Shown here: positions 10,374 through 19,077 of the stretch, piece after piece | Layout: every line of letters starts with the position of its first letter | Numbering within the stretch: position 1 is the first letter of the stretch | Source of the DNA: an uncultured Verrucomicrobiae bacterium | GTDB taxonomy: Bacteria > Verrucomicrobiota > Verrucomicrobiia > Chthoniobacterales > Chthoniobacteraceae | Length of the DNA stretch: 64,000 bases | Reading direction: 5' to 3' | NCBI GenBank assembly: GCA_963828525.1 | Contig: CAWHEP010000010.1 | Coordinates: 128,001-192,000, forward strand | Translations under genes and position numbers: made by a program | Notes under the pieces: model-generated | Databases searched by the model: none | What the model was told of the DNA's origin: nothing | What the model saw: only the letters and a program-made list of their open reading frames with translations

Positions 10374-10967
10374 TCAGCGCCCCTCACCGTGCTCACGAGG
10401 CACATAGCTTACATACCCTATGTCGATGTGCAGATGATCGTCGGTCTTACCCTGGCCCTCCCCGGCGGGCTTCGCGAATACCTCAGCTCCGAGTGAACGC
10501 GCGATCTCGCCGTACTTCTCGATGTCCCGGCGCGTGTCCAGGAAGGTGTCGCCGATCCGGTAGATATCCGCCGCCGTTCCCCAACTATGGGGGCCCGTCA
10601 CCTTGTTCCTCTTGTGCGCGGATGAACGATACCCCCCATTCACGCTGATGAATACCGGAGCCTCCACCTTTTGCCGGAATGCCTCCAGATAACGGCCCAG
10701 GACGCAAATCGCGCAAGGGACATAATGCGGGAACGAGTCGAGCAACGGACGCGCTTCCCGGCAATCCACGGACATCAGTTCAGCAAACGTAAAGTGCTCG
10801 CTGATCCGGGCCTTCTTCGCCTCTTCCCACGATGGCACTTCGTAAAAAAAGCGGGGTAGAAAGTGTATATTCCCCAGGTCATCGCTCACCGCCTCCGCGG
10901 GCTTCAGCAGAGTAACAAGCGCGCCTTCAAGCCTCAGCCCGTCCACTGCCTCGAAGGGTCCGCTCAC
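10374..10967 (-). CDS. Peptidase M15-family (LAS-type) Zn metallopeptidase
   Basis: ISEHFTFAEL, NGGYRS, H-x6-D (HSWGTAAD) and HxH (HLHIDI); no signal peptide. Confidence 0.8.
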   Translation of the reverse strand: MSGPFEAVDGLRLEGALVTLLKPAEAVSDDLGNIHFLPRFFYEVPSWEEAKKARISEHFTFAELMSVDCREARPLLDSFPHYVPCAICVLGRYLEAFRQKVEAPVFISVNGGYRSSAHKRNKVTGPHSWGTAADIYRIGDTFLDTRRDIEKYGEIARSLGAEVFAKPAGEGQGKTDDHLHIDIGYVSYVPREHGEGR

Positions 10968-11815
10968 GAGCCTCCCTCCTGCTCTTTATTCCCCGTGACA
11001 TAGTCATGCGCCACCCCGGAGATCGCTGCCACCGCGCGATGCCGCTGCTCTGCGCCCGGCTTGCATTCGGTCAACACCACCAGAACGTAAGGCTTCCGAC
11101 CCGGCAGGAAAACGATGCCTCCATCATGGCAGACCGTTGAGATCTCACCCGTCTTGTGCGCCACTTTCGCCGCCGCCGGCAACCCCGCCGGGATCATACT
11201 GTTGTATTCCTGTCCCAAAAGAACATCCACGATCTGCTTTCGAGACTCCGCCGAAAGAAAGTCTTCCTCACAAAGAAGCCGGAACAGCTTGGCCAATCCA
11301 TCCGCTGACACTTCATTATTCAGCCCCTGCCGATAGGCAACTTCGTCCTCGACGCCCCGCTGTATTTTGATTCCATCGATCCCCGCGTCGTCCAGGACTC
11401 TTCGCACGAAGTGGATTCCGATGTAGTCGATGAGCAGGTTCGTCGCAAGGTTGCTGCTGCGGACAATCATTACTCGCGCGAGCTCCGCGATCGTTACCGC
11501 CCGCCCGATGCTCTTATAGATGTTCCCGTCTCCATCGTAGCTCGGATTTATTTTAAACACGCACCCGTCCGCGATGCTTCGGAAGCGATTCCGGACATGC
11601 AGCTTGTCTTCCAAACGGATCTTCCCCTCCTCCGCCGCCTTGAACAGCGCAAGCAGCACGGCCATCTTCATTGTGCTTGCGGCGTGGAAGTAGCGGTCTC
11701 CCTGGTAGGAGAAGTGCAACTCCGTCTCGTAATCGTAAAGCGCGACGGCCAGCGACAGGATGCCCGCTTTGTCCGCGATTTGTCTCAGCCGCGCGAGAAG
11801 TTTGGAGCCCGACAT
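10964..11815 (-). CDS. Class A beta-lactamase-like serine hydrolase (penicillin-binding-protein fold)
   Basis: SxxK (ASTMK), SxN (SSN) and KTG (AHKTG) motifs; no evident signal peptide. Confidence 0.85.
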   Translation of the reverse strand: MSGSKLLARLRQIADKAGILSLAVALYDYETELHFSYQGDRYFHAASTMKMAVLLALFKAAEEGKIRLEDKLHVRNRFRSIADGCVFKINPSYDGDGNIYKSIGRAVTIAELARVMIVRSSNLATNLLIDYIGIHFVRRVLDDAGIDGIKIQRGVEDEVAYRQGLNNEVSADGLAKLFRLLCEEDFLSAESRKQIVDVLLGQEYNSMIPAGLPAAAKVAHKTGEISTVCHDGGIVFLPGRKPYVLVVLTECKPGAEQRHRAVAAISGVAHDYVTGNKEQEGGS

Positions 11816-11917
11816 TCAGTCCCTCACAGCCATCCGCGTCTCGCGCCCTGCCGCTTGCGGTTCGCTATCCGCGCGACCCCGACGCTCATTTTTTGCAGTT
11901 CCACGGGTGAGCCAAGC

Positions 11918-11933
11918 AGCAAACAAAATGCCA
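11918..11933 (-). promoter_or_regulatory. Sigma54 (-24/-12) promoter for the hydrolase-M15-PafA-like operon
   Basis: Minus strand reads TGGCAT-TTTGT-TTGCT, matching TGGCAC-N5-TTGCW, about 100 bp upstream of the ATG at 11815. Confidence 0.7.
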
Positions 11934-12003
11934 TTTGCCCAAATTAGACACCGAACTTCCCGGAAAGTTGAAACAAAGCCCGATTAGGCACCGCTTTCTG
12001 ATC

Positions 12004-13359
12004 TTACGGCTTGCGCCGCCTCAACGTCATTCTCATGCCGTATTTCGGTCGCAGGGTGACGAATGGTTCTATCTCCACCCGATGCCGGGGCGCCAGGTCG
12101 AGCTTCCACTCCCGCGCGACGCTTGCCAGCGTCAGAATGCCTTCCATCCACGCGAATCCCTCCCCGACGCACTGTCGAGGCCCGCCTCCAAAGGGGAAAT
12201 ACGAGAACTTCGGACGCTCGGCGATTGCCTCCGGCGTCCAGCGCTGCGGGTCGAATAGATCCGGCGCTGGAAAAAACCGGCTGTCATGGTGGACCACATA
12301 TTGGCTCAAGTAGAGAAACGAGCCCGCCGGGAGCACGTACTCGCCCAACCGATAGTCCTCCACATTCCTGCGAGCGATCACCCACACAGGCGGATACATC
12401 CTCATGGATTCCGAAAACACCATCCGGGTGTAGGGCAGCCGCGGCAGGTCGTCCGCGGTGGGAACCCTGCCCTCAAGCACTGAATCGATTTCCGCGTGCA
12501 ATGCCGTCTCCACCTTCACATGCTGGGAAAGCAGATACCACGTCCATACCAGCGCGTTACTGATCGTCTCATGTCCGGCCGTGAACATCGTCAGCACTTC
12601 ATCCCGGATTTCCCGATCCGTGAGCCCACCGGAATCCGTCTCCGAATCCCACATCCCTATTAGTATGGACAGCAAATCCTGCCGCGCCTCGCCACTCTCA
12701 CGCCGTTCCGCGATCATGCGATAGATCGTCTCATCCAGCAAACGCACCGCTTTCTCAAGCCGTCGAGTCATCGGGAGCGGCAGCTTTAGCAGGAAATCCG
12801 TGACAAGCGGCAGGTTGTGCAGATGCGACATTCCCATGACGGCCTTCCACGCCGCGCCAAGGTGCCCTTCTGTCTCCTTTTGCATATCCGCGCCGGACAT
12901 CGTGTTCACGATGATGGACATTGCCAGCCGCGACATCTCCTCGCTGATGTTCAGCGTTTCCCCGTTTTTCCATCCGGAGGTCATCCGCGATATGTGCTCC
13001 GTCATTACTCCGCTCCACAGCGCGAGCTGCCCACGATGGAATGCTGGCTGGATCAGCCGCCGCTGACGGCGGTGGAACTCCGCCTGGCTGGTTATCAACC
13101 CCTTGCCAAGCAGGCGCTTGATGGATGGATGGTTCGAACGAGCCATCCCCTGCGGCGCGCACAGGATGTTCTTGATGTGCTCGGGGTTACTAATCAGGTA
13201 ATTGTGCCGCGGTCCAAGCTGAAGATGATATAAGTCCCCATATTCCGCGGCGGCGCGGCGGAGAAAACCAAGCGGGTCGCGCCGCAATTCTATGAAGATG
13301 CCCGCCGCGAATTTGGACTTCGGCCCGGGAGGCCTGGCGCCCTTTTCTTTCAAACTCAA
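12004..13359 (-). CDS. Cytochrome P450
   Basis: AGHET I-helix, ExxR (ESMR) and FGGGPRQCVG heme-thiolate motif; putative TTG start overlaps the lpxB TGA. Confidence 0.95.
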   Translation of the reverse strand: MSLKEKGARPPGPKSKFAAGIFIELRRDPLGFLRRAAAEYGDLYHLQLGPRHNYLISNPEHIKNILCAPQGMARSNHPSIKRLLGKGLITSQAEFHRRQRRLIQPAFHRGQLALWSGVMTEHISRMTSGWKNGETLNISEEMSRLAMSIIVNTMSGADMQKETEGHLGAAWKAVMGMSHLHNLPLVTDFLLKLPLPMTRRLEKAVRLLDETIYRMIAERRESGEARQDLLSILIGMWDSETDSGGLTDREIRDEVLTMFTAGHETISNALVWTWYLLSQHVKVETALHAEIDSVLEGRVPTADDLPRLPYTRMVFSESMRMYPPVWVIARRNVEDYRLGEYVLPAGSFLYLSQYVVHHDSRFFPAPDLFDPQRWTPEAIAERPKFSYFPFGGGPRQCVGEGFAWMEGILTLASVAREWKLDLAPRHRVEIEPFVTLRPKYGMRMTLRRRKP

Positions 13360-14480
13360 CCCACCCCCATTTCTGCCAGAATGGCTTCTGCGGCCCGCGC
13401 TCCTGCTCCACCCTCCCCGAGCGCTCCGACCACGCGCGAGAGATCCTGGCAGACCTGCTCGCGGGCTTCTTCGTGCTCAAAGAGCCTCAGCATTTCCTCC
13501 GCGACCGGCGCTGGCGTCATCCGGCTGTGCAGAAATTCGCGCGCGATCTCCCGTCCGGCAAGGATGTTCACCATGCCGAGAAACGGGACTTTCACCACCA
13601 GATGCCCCAGCAACAGCGTAATGGGCCCCACACGGTACAGGATGACGAATGGCAATCCAAAATATGCTGCCTCCAGGGTAGCTGTGCCGGACGCGACCAT
13701 CCCCGCCGTTGCTCTCTGCATCAATCCATGTGAATCCCCGCTCTTTATGGAACAGAACGTCTCCGTCAAACCCCGTTTCTGCAACGTTCCGGACATCACC
13801 TGTGCCATCGCGTCAGAAATGGCTGCCGCTTCGAATCTTAATTTCGGATGTGAGCGCTTCATCGCTTGCGCCGCCTCGATCATCACCGGGAATATCTTCT
13901 CGATTTCCTTCCGCCTGCTGCCGGGAAAGATGCCAATCAAGTCTGCTTCCCGGCAACTTGCGACGCGGCGCGCAGCAAGCGAATCGAGCAGAGGGTGCCC
14001 CACGAACACAGTCTTTAGACCTGATCTCTCATACAACGCCTTCTCAAAAGGAAAGATACAGATCATCAGGTCGATGATCCTCGCCATCTTCGGGATGCGA
14101 CCGCGGTGCCAGGCCCAAACCTGGGGACTTATATAGTAGATGACCCGCGTCGCGAGCCGCTTCTTCTTGACCGCTGCTGCCAGCCGCAGGTTGAACCCGG
14201 GATAATCGATGAATACGATCCCGTCCGGGTTCAGCCGCGAGACTTCCGCGAGCATCCCGTCAAATTGCTTCTTAAAATAGCCGTAGTTCTTTATTACATC
14301 GACGATCCCAACCACTGCGCGGTCGCTCCAATCCTGGAAATGATTTCCCGCGATTGCTCTCATTCTCGGCCCGCCCGCTCCGTAGAACTCGACGTCACTT
14401 ACCCGGCTCTTCAGCGCCTCCATGAGTTCCGCTCCTCTGCCATCCCCGCTAGCCTCGCCAGCCACCATGTACAACTTCAT
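13356..14480 (-). CDS. lpxB: Lipid A disaccharide synthase
   Basis: VAGEASGD, IDYPGFN, YYISPQVWAW, FVGHPL, PGSR, SGTATLE. Confidence 0.95.
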   Translation of the reverse strand: MKLYMVAGEASGDGRGAELMEALKSRVSDVEFYGAGGPRMRAIAGNHFQDWSDRAVVGIVDVIKNYGYFKKQFDGMLAEVSRLNPDGIVFIDYPGFNLRLAAAVKKKRLATRVIYYISPQVWAWHRGRIPKMARIIDLMICIFPFEKALYERSGLKTVFVGHPLLDSLAARRVASCREADLIGIFPGSRRKEIEKIFPVMIEAAQAMKRSHPKLRFEAAAISDAMAQVMSGTLQKRGLTETFCSIKSGDSHGLMQRATAGMVASGTATLEAAYFGLPFVILYRVGPITLLLGHLVVKVPFLGMVNILAGREIAREFLHSRMTPAPVAEEMLRLFEHEEAREQVCQDLSRVVGALGEGGAGARAAEAILAEMGVG

Positions 14481-15409
14481 CGCTCCGCCAGATTTTGCTT
14501 CTCGATAATCCCCGTTATTTCCAGCGCCAGTTCCAGCGCCGCCGCCGCGGCGTAGCCCGACACCCTTGGTTCCGAACCTTTCTGGGCGCACTCCAGAAAC
14601 GACTGGAGTTCCAGCTTCAGCGGCTCGTCTTTTTCGATCTCAACTGGCGCCCGGCTGATCTGGCCTCCGATCCGCCGATAGATTTCCCCCGTCTGATCCT
14701 GGTAGTCCAGCGAGAGATACGCGTCCTCCTGGAAAACCCGGATCTTTCGCATCTTCTCGGGGCTCACCCGGCTTGCCGTGATGTTCGCTACGCATCCGTT
14801 CTCAAAACGCAGGCGCGCGTTTGCGATGTCTTCTCCGCGGCTCAACACCGGCACCCCCACCGCGTCTATATGCGCGACTGGGGATCGCACGAGGTGGAGT
14901 ATCACTTCGAGATCATGGATCATGAGGTCAAGCACGACCCCAATCTCTGTGCTGCGATGCGGATACGGCGAAAGCCGGTGCGCCTCTATGAAGCGCGGCC
15001 GGGTGAGAAGCTCTTCCAAAACTCCCAGGACCGGATTGAACCGCTCTACGTGTCCGACCTGCAAAATCCTTCCGCGCTCGTGCGCGAGATCAGCCAGCGC
15101 CTTCGCTTCGATCGCCGTCTCCGTGATCGGTTTCTCCACGAGCAGATGCTTCCCTCGCTCCAGCAGCAGTTGTCCAATCTCAAAATGCGTGGGCGTGGGT
15201 GTTGCCACGCACGCCGCGTCCACCAGTTCCGCGAATTCCTCCAGATTCGCCGCCCCCACCACCCCGTATCGACCCGCGATCTCGCTGGTGATCGCGACGC
15301 TCGCGTCGTACACCGCCGTAAAGTCCGAACCCGCCAGCTCGGCCAGCACCCGGGCGTGGTTCTTCCCGATGTGACCCAGACCCACCACTCCTACGCGCGC
15401 TCGTTTCAT
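14477..15409 (-). CDS. Gfo/Idh/MocA oxidoreductase, GnnA-like (putative UDP-GlcNAc 3-dehydrogenase)
   Basis: GLGHIG, LLVEKP, QVGHVERFNP, VVLDLMIHD; located between lpxI and lpxB. Confidence 0.75.
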   Translation of the reverse strand: MKRARVGVVGLGHIGKNHARVLAELAGSDFTAVYDASVAITSEIAGRYGVVGAANLEEFAELVDAACVATPTPTHFEIGQLLLERGKHLLVEKPITETAIEAKALADLAHERGRILQVGHVERFNPVLGVLEELLTRPRFIEAHRLSPYPHRSTEIGVVLDLMIHDLEVILHLVRSPVAHIDAVGVPVLSRGEDIANARLRFENGCVANITASRVSPEKMRKIRVFQEDAYLSLDYQDQTGEIYRRIGGQISRAPVEIEKDEPLKLELQSFLECAQKGSEPRVSGYAAAAALELALEITGIIEKQNLAER

Positions 15410-16266
15410 CAGCTTTGGCCCACCACCGATACCCGGTAACGCATCGCCTTCTCAAATAACTCTTCCTTTTCCAAAAGCAACGTCTTGCCAGCTTCCACCG
15501 CGATCACCCGCAGCTTTCCCTCTCGCGCTGCGTCCAGTGTTCCAGGCCCGATCACCGGCACGTCGAATCGCAAGTCTTGTTTCGGCTTCGATACCTTGAT
15601 CATCACCGCCTCCCCCCGCCCGAGCGCCCCGCCCCGTTTGATCGCCTCGTTAGTGCCTTCAAACGCTTCCACCGCCAGCACAGTACCTTTCTTCACGATG
15701 ACGGTCTGCCCCACATCCAGCTTGCTTATTTCCTTCGCTATCCCGAATCCATACTGCACATCCGCTTCTTCTCTCGCGTTCAGCTTCGGTCCCGCGATCA
15801 ATCCCTGTCCGGCGAGGCAGTCGTCCAGGAACGTCGTGGCCGGCAAGAGCGTGATACCCGCTTTTGCCAGCTCATCGCCCACAGCCCCGAAGATCGACTC
15901 CGCGTTCCGCGCCTTCAACCGCGCCAGCAGCGCCAGCGCCTTAAAATCCGGTCGCAAATCGAAAAGATTCTTAGGATGGATTTGTCCCGCCATCACGGCC
16001 TCCGGCACCTGCTTTTTCTTAAGGAGCGAAATCAGCCGCCCAAGCTGCCCCACATTTATCCACTCGATCTCGTCCACCAGCTCGCCCAGCTTCGGGTCCG
16101 TCTCATTCTCAAACGCCACTGCCACAAGCCGCTTCACCCCCGCTTTCCGGGCGGACCGCGCGATCATCAGGGGATATACGCCATTGCCGGCAATGATACC
16201 AAAAGAGGTCAAGCGCCAAAATGTTACGGGACATCCCGCCTCCAAGTCGAGAAGCCCGTGAAACAA
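15409..16266 (-). CDS. lpxI: UDP-2,3-diacylglucosamine diphosphatase
   Basis: GIIAGNG, DVGQTV, AVEAFEGT, KPKQDLRFDVPVIG; exact start uncertain. Confidence 0.9.
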   Translation of the reverse strand: MFHGLLDLEAGCPVTFWRLTSFGIIAGNGVYPLMIARSARKAGVKRLVAVAFENETDPKLGELVDEIEWINVGQLGRLISLLKKKQVPEAVMAGQIHPKNLFDLRPDFKALALLARLKARNAESIFGAVGDELAKAGITLLPATTFLDDCLAGQGLIAGPKLNAREEADVQYGFGIAKEISKLDVGQTVIVKKGTVLAVEAFEGTNEAIKRGGALGRGEAVMIKVSKPKQDLRFDVPVIGPGTLDAAREGKLRVIAVEAGKTLLLEKEELFEKAMRYRVSVVGQS

Positions 16267-16369
16267 AGTCAGACCGCATCACCTGCAAAACGAGTCTGGC
16301 CCTTCCCTGTCTGCTGAGTAATAGTGGGGGCCTTAGCTCTTCCGCGCTCTCTCCAGTGCCTACAGCCGC

Positions 16370-17236
16370 GTGAAACAAAACCCGATTTCCATTCGTGCCG
16401 GCAAGCTCGAGTTCTTAAAGGAGAATGCCACCCGCTGGGAATCGCGGGATGCATACCACTGGCTCCTGACCCTCTCCTGGCCACAATTCATCGCCTTCCT
16501 CGCCGGGTGCTATTTGCTCGTGAATCTCCTCTTTGCCTGCTGCTACGCTGCCAGCGGCTCCTGCATTGCCGAAGCCCGCTCCGGGTCTTTTGGCGACGAT
16601 TTCTTCTTCAGCGTAGAGACCCTGGCCACCGTCGGCTACGGCCACATGTACCCGGCCACCCTTTACGGCCATCTCGTCACCACCGCCGAAATCATGGTCG
16701 GCATGTTCGGTCTCGCCGTCGTCACAGGTCTCATCTTCGTCCGCTTCTCCCGCCCCTCCGCGATGATCGTCTTTACTCGTTCCCTCGTGATTACCCCCTT
16801 CAACGGAATTCCCACTCTCATGATGCGCGTCGCAAATCTGCGACATCAGCCCATGGTAGAGGCCGTCTTTCGCATTATGCTCCTCCGCAACGAGTGTGTT
16901 CCCGAAGAAGGCGAAGTCCGCCGTTTTTATGAACTCTCTCTCGATCCGGCCGGGATCATTTTCTTCCCGGCGGTGCTAACCCTCAGGCACAGGATCGATG
17001 AACGAAGCCCCCTCTTCGGTCTGACTCAAGACGACTTGAAAGCTTCCGGCGCCCGCTTCTTCGCCTCTCTCGTTTGCATCGATACCGTCATGCAGATCCC
17101 TGTGCATAGTCAGCAGGATTACTCCTGGCAGGACGTGAAGTTCGGAGAACGGTTTGCCGAGATCTACAGGGATCTCGCGGTGGGCAAGGTAGCCGTCGAT
17201 TACGGCCGGATCCACGATACCGAGCCCTCCCTTTAG
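16370..17236 (+). CDS. Inward-rectifier K+ channel (KirBac family)
   Basis: FFFSVETLATVGYG selectivity filter, FVRFSRP, RVANLR. Confidence 0.92.
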   Translation: MKQNPISIRAGKLEFLKENATRWESRDAYHWLLTLSWPQFIAFLAGCYLLVNLLFACCYAASGSCIAEARSGSFGDDFFFSVETLATVGYGHMYPATLYGHLVTTAEIMVGMFGLAVVTGLIFVRFSRPSAMIVFTRSLVITPFNGIPTLMMRVANLRHQPMVEAVFRIMLLRNECVPEEGEVRRFYELSLDPAGIIFFPAVLTLRHRIDERSPLFGLTQDDLKASGARFFASLVCIDTVMQIPVHSQQDYSWQDVKFGERFAEIYRDLAVGKVAVDYGRIHDTEPSL

Positions 17237-17341
17237 TTGCGACGGCTTTGCCCCGGAGCTGCTGTGGCTGCGTGTCTATCCGGCTGGCTAAGGCGAATAC
17301 CCTATATAATAGTAAGGTATTTGATAAATACTATAAGCATA

Positions 17342-17357
17342 TGGCACCTGAAATGCT
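17342..17357 (+). promoter_or_regulatory. Sigma54-type promoter upstream of the PEP-CTERM gene
   Basis: TGGCAC-CTGAA-ATGCT with GG-N10-GC spacing, in an AT-rich intergenic region. Confidence 0.6.
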
Positions 17358-17434
17358 TATTATCATCCCGAAATCCACCGGATGACTCGGTGGCAGTTAC
17401 CTAAAAGAAACCCGAACCCTAAGAACCTTCGACA

Positions 17435-18079
17435 ATGAAACTCAGATACATAGCACTTGCCTTGGTGGGCCTAACCCTAAGGGCGTTCGGCGCTCCCGCG
17501 ACCACCATCTCCCTCCAATTCCAATACACCGATGCCAACGGCCTTGTGCATGGCATTGCCACCCTAAGCGCCGCTCCATTCGCCAGCGACCCCGGCGTGT
17601 ATCTGGCTACAGCGGGAACCCTCGTGGTTACCGCTCCAGCGCTGGATGACATCGCCGGCAGATACACCCTGTTCCCGAACGCGAACGGGCTCTCCGCAAG
17701 CTACAGCCCCACCGGCTTGTTTATCTACGACAACCTTGTCATGCCCGGTGCGCATCCGGTCGTTACAAACCCAGGCTTCCTGGGTTACGGCGGAAATGCC
17801 ACTGGCAGCTTGCCGGAAGGCCGCGGACGGGAGATCAACTTCTTCTCAAACGGGGCAAACACGTACGACCTGTACACCGGGGTCAACGGCAGCTACCCCT
17901 ACATGCATGAATTCACGACGACACCCGGCTCGGGTGGCTCATTGACGACTCATGTCTCGGGTAATGGCGTTGCTCTCCTCGCTGCCCCGGAACCCTCCAC
18001 ATGGCTCATCATGGCCAGCTTCTTCGTGATCGTCCTCCGCGCGGCGACCCAACCCGGCCGGTCACGCGCCGAAGACTAG
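17435..18079 (+). CDS. Secreted PEP-CTERM sorting-domain protein
   Basis: N-terminal signal peptide; Thr/Gly/Asn-rich body; C-terminal APEPSTW followed by a hydrophobic segment and Arg residues. Confidence 0.8.
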   Translation: MKLRYIALALVGLTLRAFGAPATTISLQFQYTDANGLVHGIATLSAAPFASDPGVYLATAGTLVVTAPALDDIAGRYTLFPNANGLSASYSPTGLFIYDNLVMPGAHPVVTNPGFLGYGGNATGSLPEGRGREINFFSNGANTYDLYTGVNGSYPYMHEFTTTPGSGGSLTTHVSGNGVALLAAPEPSTWLIMASFFVIVLRAATQPGRSRAED

Positions 18080-18139
18080 CTTCAAGATTCGGTTCGTCGG
18101 TGACAACTTCAGCTTCAAAACAAGCTTGTTAGCGCGCCA

Positions 18140-19012
18140 TCATCCGTTCACCAGTTCCCCGCCATTCGGGTGGAGCACCTGCCCGGTGATATACGAAGCG
18201 TCCGCCGACGCGAGAAACACATACGATGGAGCAACTTCTTCAGGGTGCCCGGCTCGTCCCATCGGCGTGTCCGAGCCAAATGTTTCAACCTTCTCCCCCG
18301 GAAACGTGGAGGGAATAAGCGGTGTCCAGATCGGCCCCGGAGCAACCGCGTTGACCCGGATCTTCTTGTCCACCAGCGCGTGCGCGAGCGAGCGCGTGAA
18401 CGAAAGAATCGCTCCTTTTGTCGCGGAGTAATCCAGCAAAGCGGGACTTCCTCTATACGCCGTCACAGACGTCGTGTTGATGATGCAGCTTCCTTCCTTG
18501 AGATTCTTTACCACCGCTTTTGTAAGAAAGAACTGGGAAAAGATGTTCGTGCGAAACGTGCGCTCCAGTTGCCGCGCGGTAATGTCCTCAATGCTTTTCT
18601 GCGGATGCTGCTCCGCCGCATTGTTGACCAAAATGTCTATCTGCCCAAACTGTTTCAAACAGTCGCGGGCCACTCGTTTGCAGAAAACTTCGTCCCCGAT
18701 GTCCCCTGCCAGGAGGGCGCACTTCCCGTGCTCCATCTCCACCAGCCTCTTGGTCTCCCGCGCGTCCTGATGCTCATTCAGATACACGATCATCACATCC
18801 GCTCCTTCTCTCGCAAAGAGGATTGCGACCGCCCGGCCGATTCCGCTGTCTCCTCCCGTGATCACCGCCACTTTGCCGGATAGCTTTCCGCTTCCGCGAT
18901 GCTCTGGGGCGCTTGAACGCGGCTGCTCCGCCATGTCTGCTTGCAAGCCAGGCTGCCTGCTCTGTTGCTCGCGTGGATTTTGCGCTTTCTTGGGCTTCGT
19001 TTTCTGAGGCAT
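18140..19012 (-). CDS. SDR oxidoreductase (YdaD/general stress protein 39-like)
   Basis: ITGGDSGIGRA, NNAAEQH, DYSATKGAI, GPIWTPLIP. Confidence 0.9.
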   Translation of the reverse strand: MPQKTKPKKAQNPREQQSRQPGLQADMAEQPRSSAPEHRGSGKLSGKVAVITGGDSGIGRAVAILFAREGADVMIVYLNEHQDARETKRLVEMEHGKCALLAGDIGDEVFCKRVARDCLKQFGQIDILVNNAAEQHPQKSIEDITARQLERTFRTNIFSQFFLTKAVVKNLKEGSCIINTTSVTAYRGSPALLDYSATKGAILSFTRSLAHALVDKKIRVNAVAPGPIWTPLIPSTFPGEKVETFGSDTPMGRAGHPEEVAPSYVFLASADASYITGQVLHPNGGELVNG

Positions 19013-19077
19013 ATTGCTGTTTCGCGAATCGCCCCGCCCGCGAGCGTATTACCTGCCTCCTCTCCCCCGCTAACAAC

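Noticed and set aside
10964..11815. Bona fide antibiotic-resistance beta-lactamase
   Set aside because: No signal peptide and no canonical ExxLN omega-loop motif; context points to a peptidase-like role.
9141..11900. Canonical Pup/UBact-proteasome locus
   Set aside because: No small ORF ending in GGE/GGQ, no Mpa/ARC ATPase and no proteasome subunits were seen in the window.
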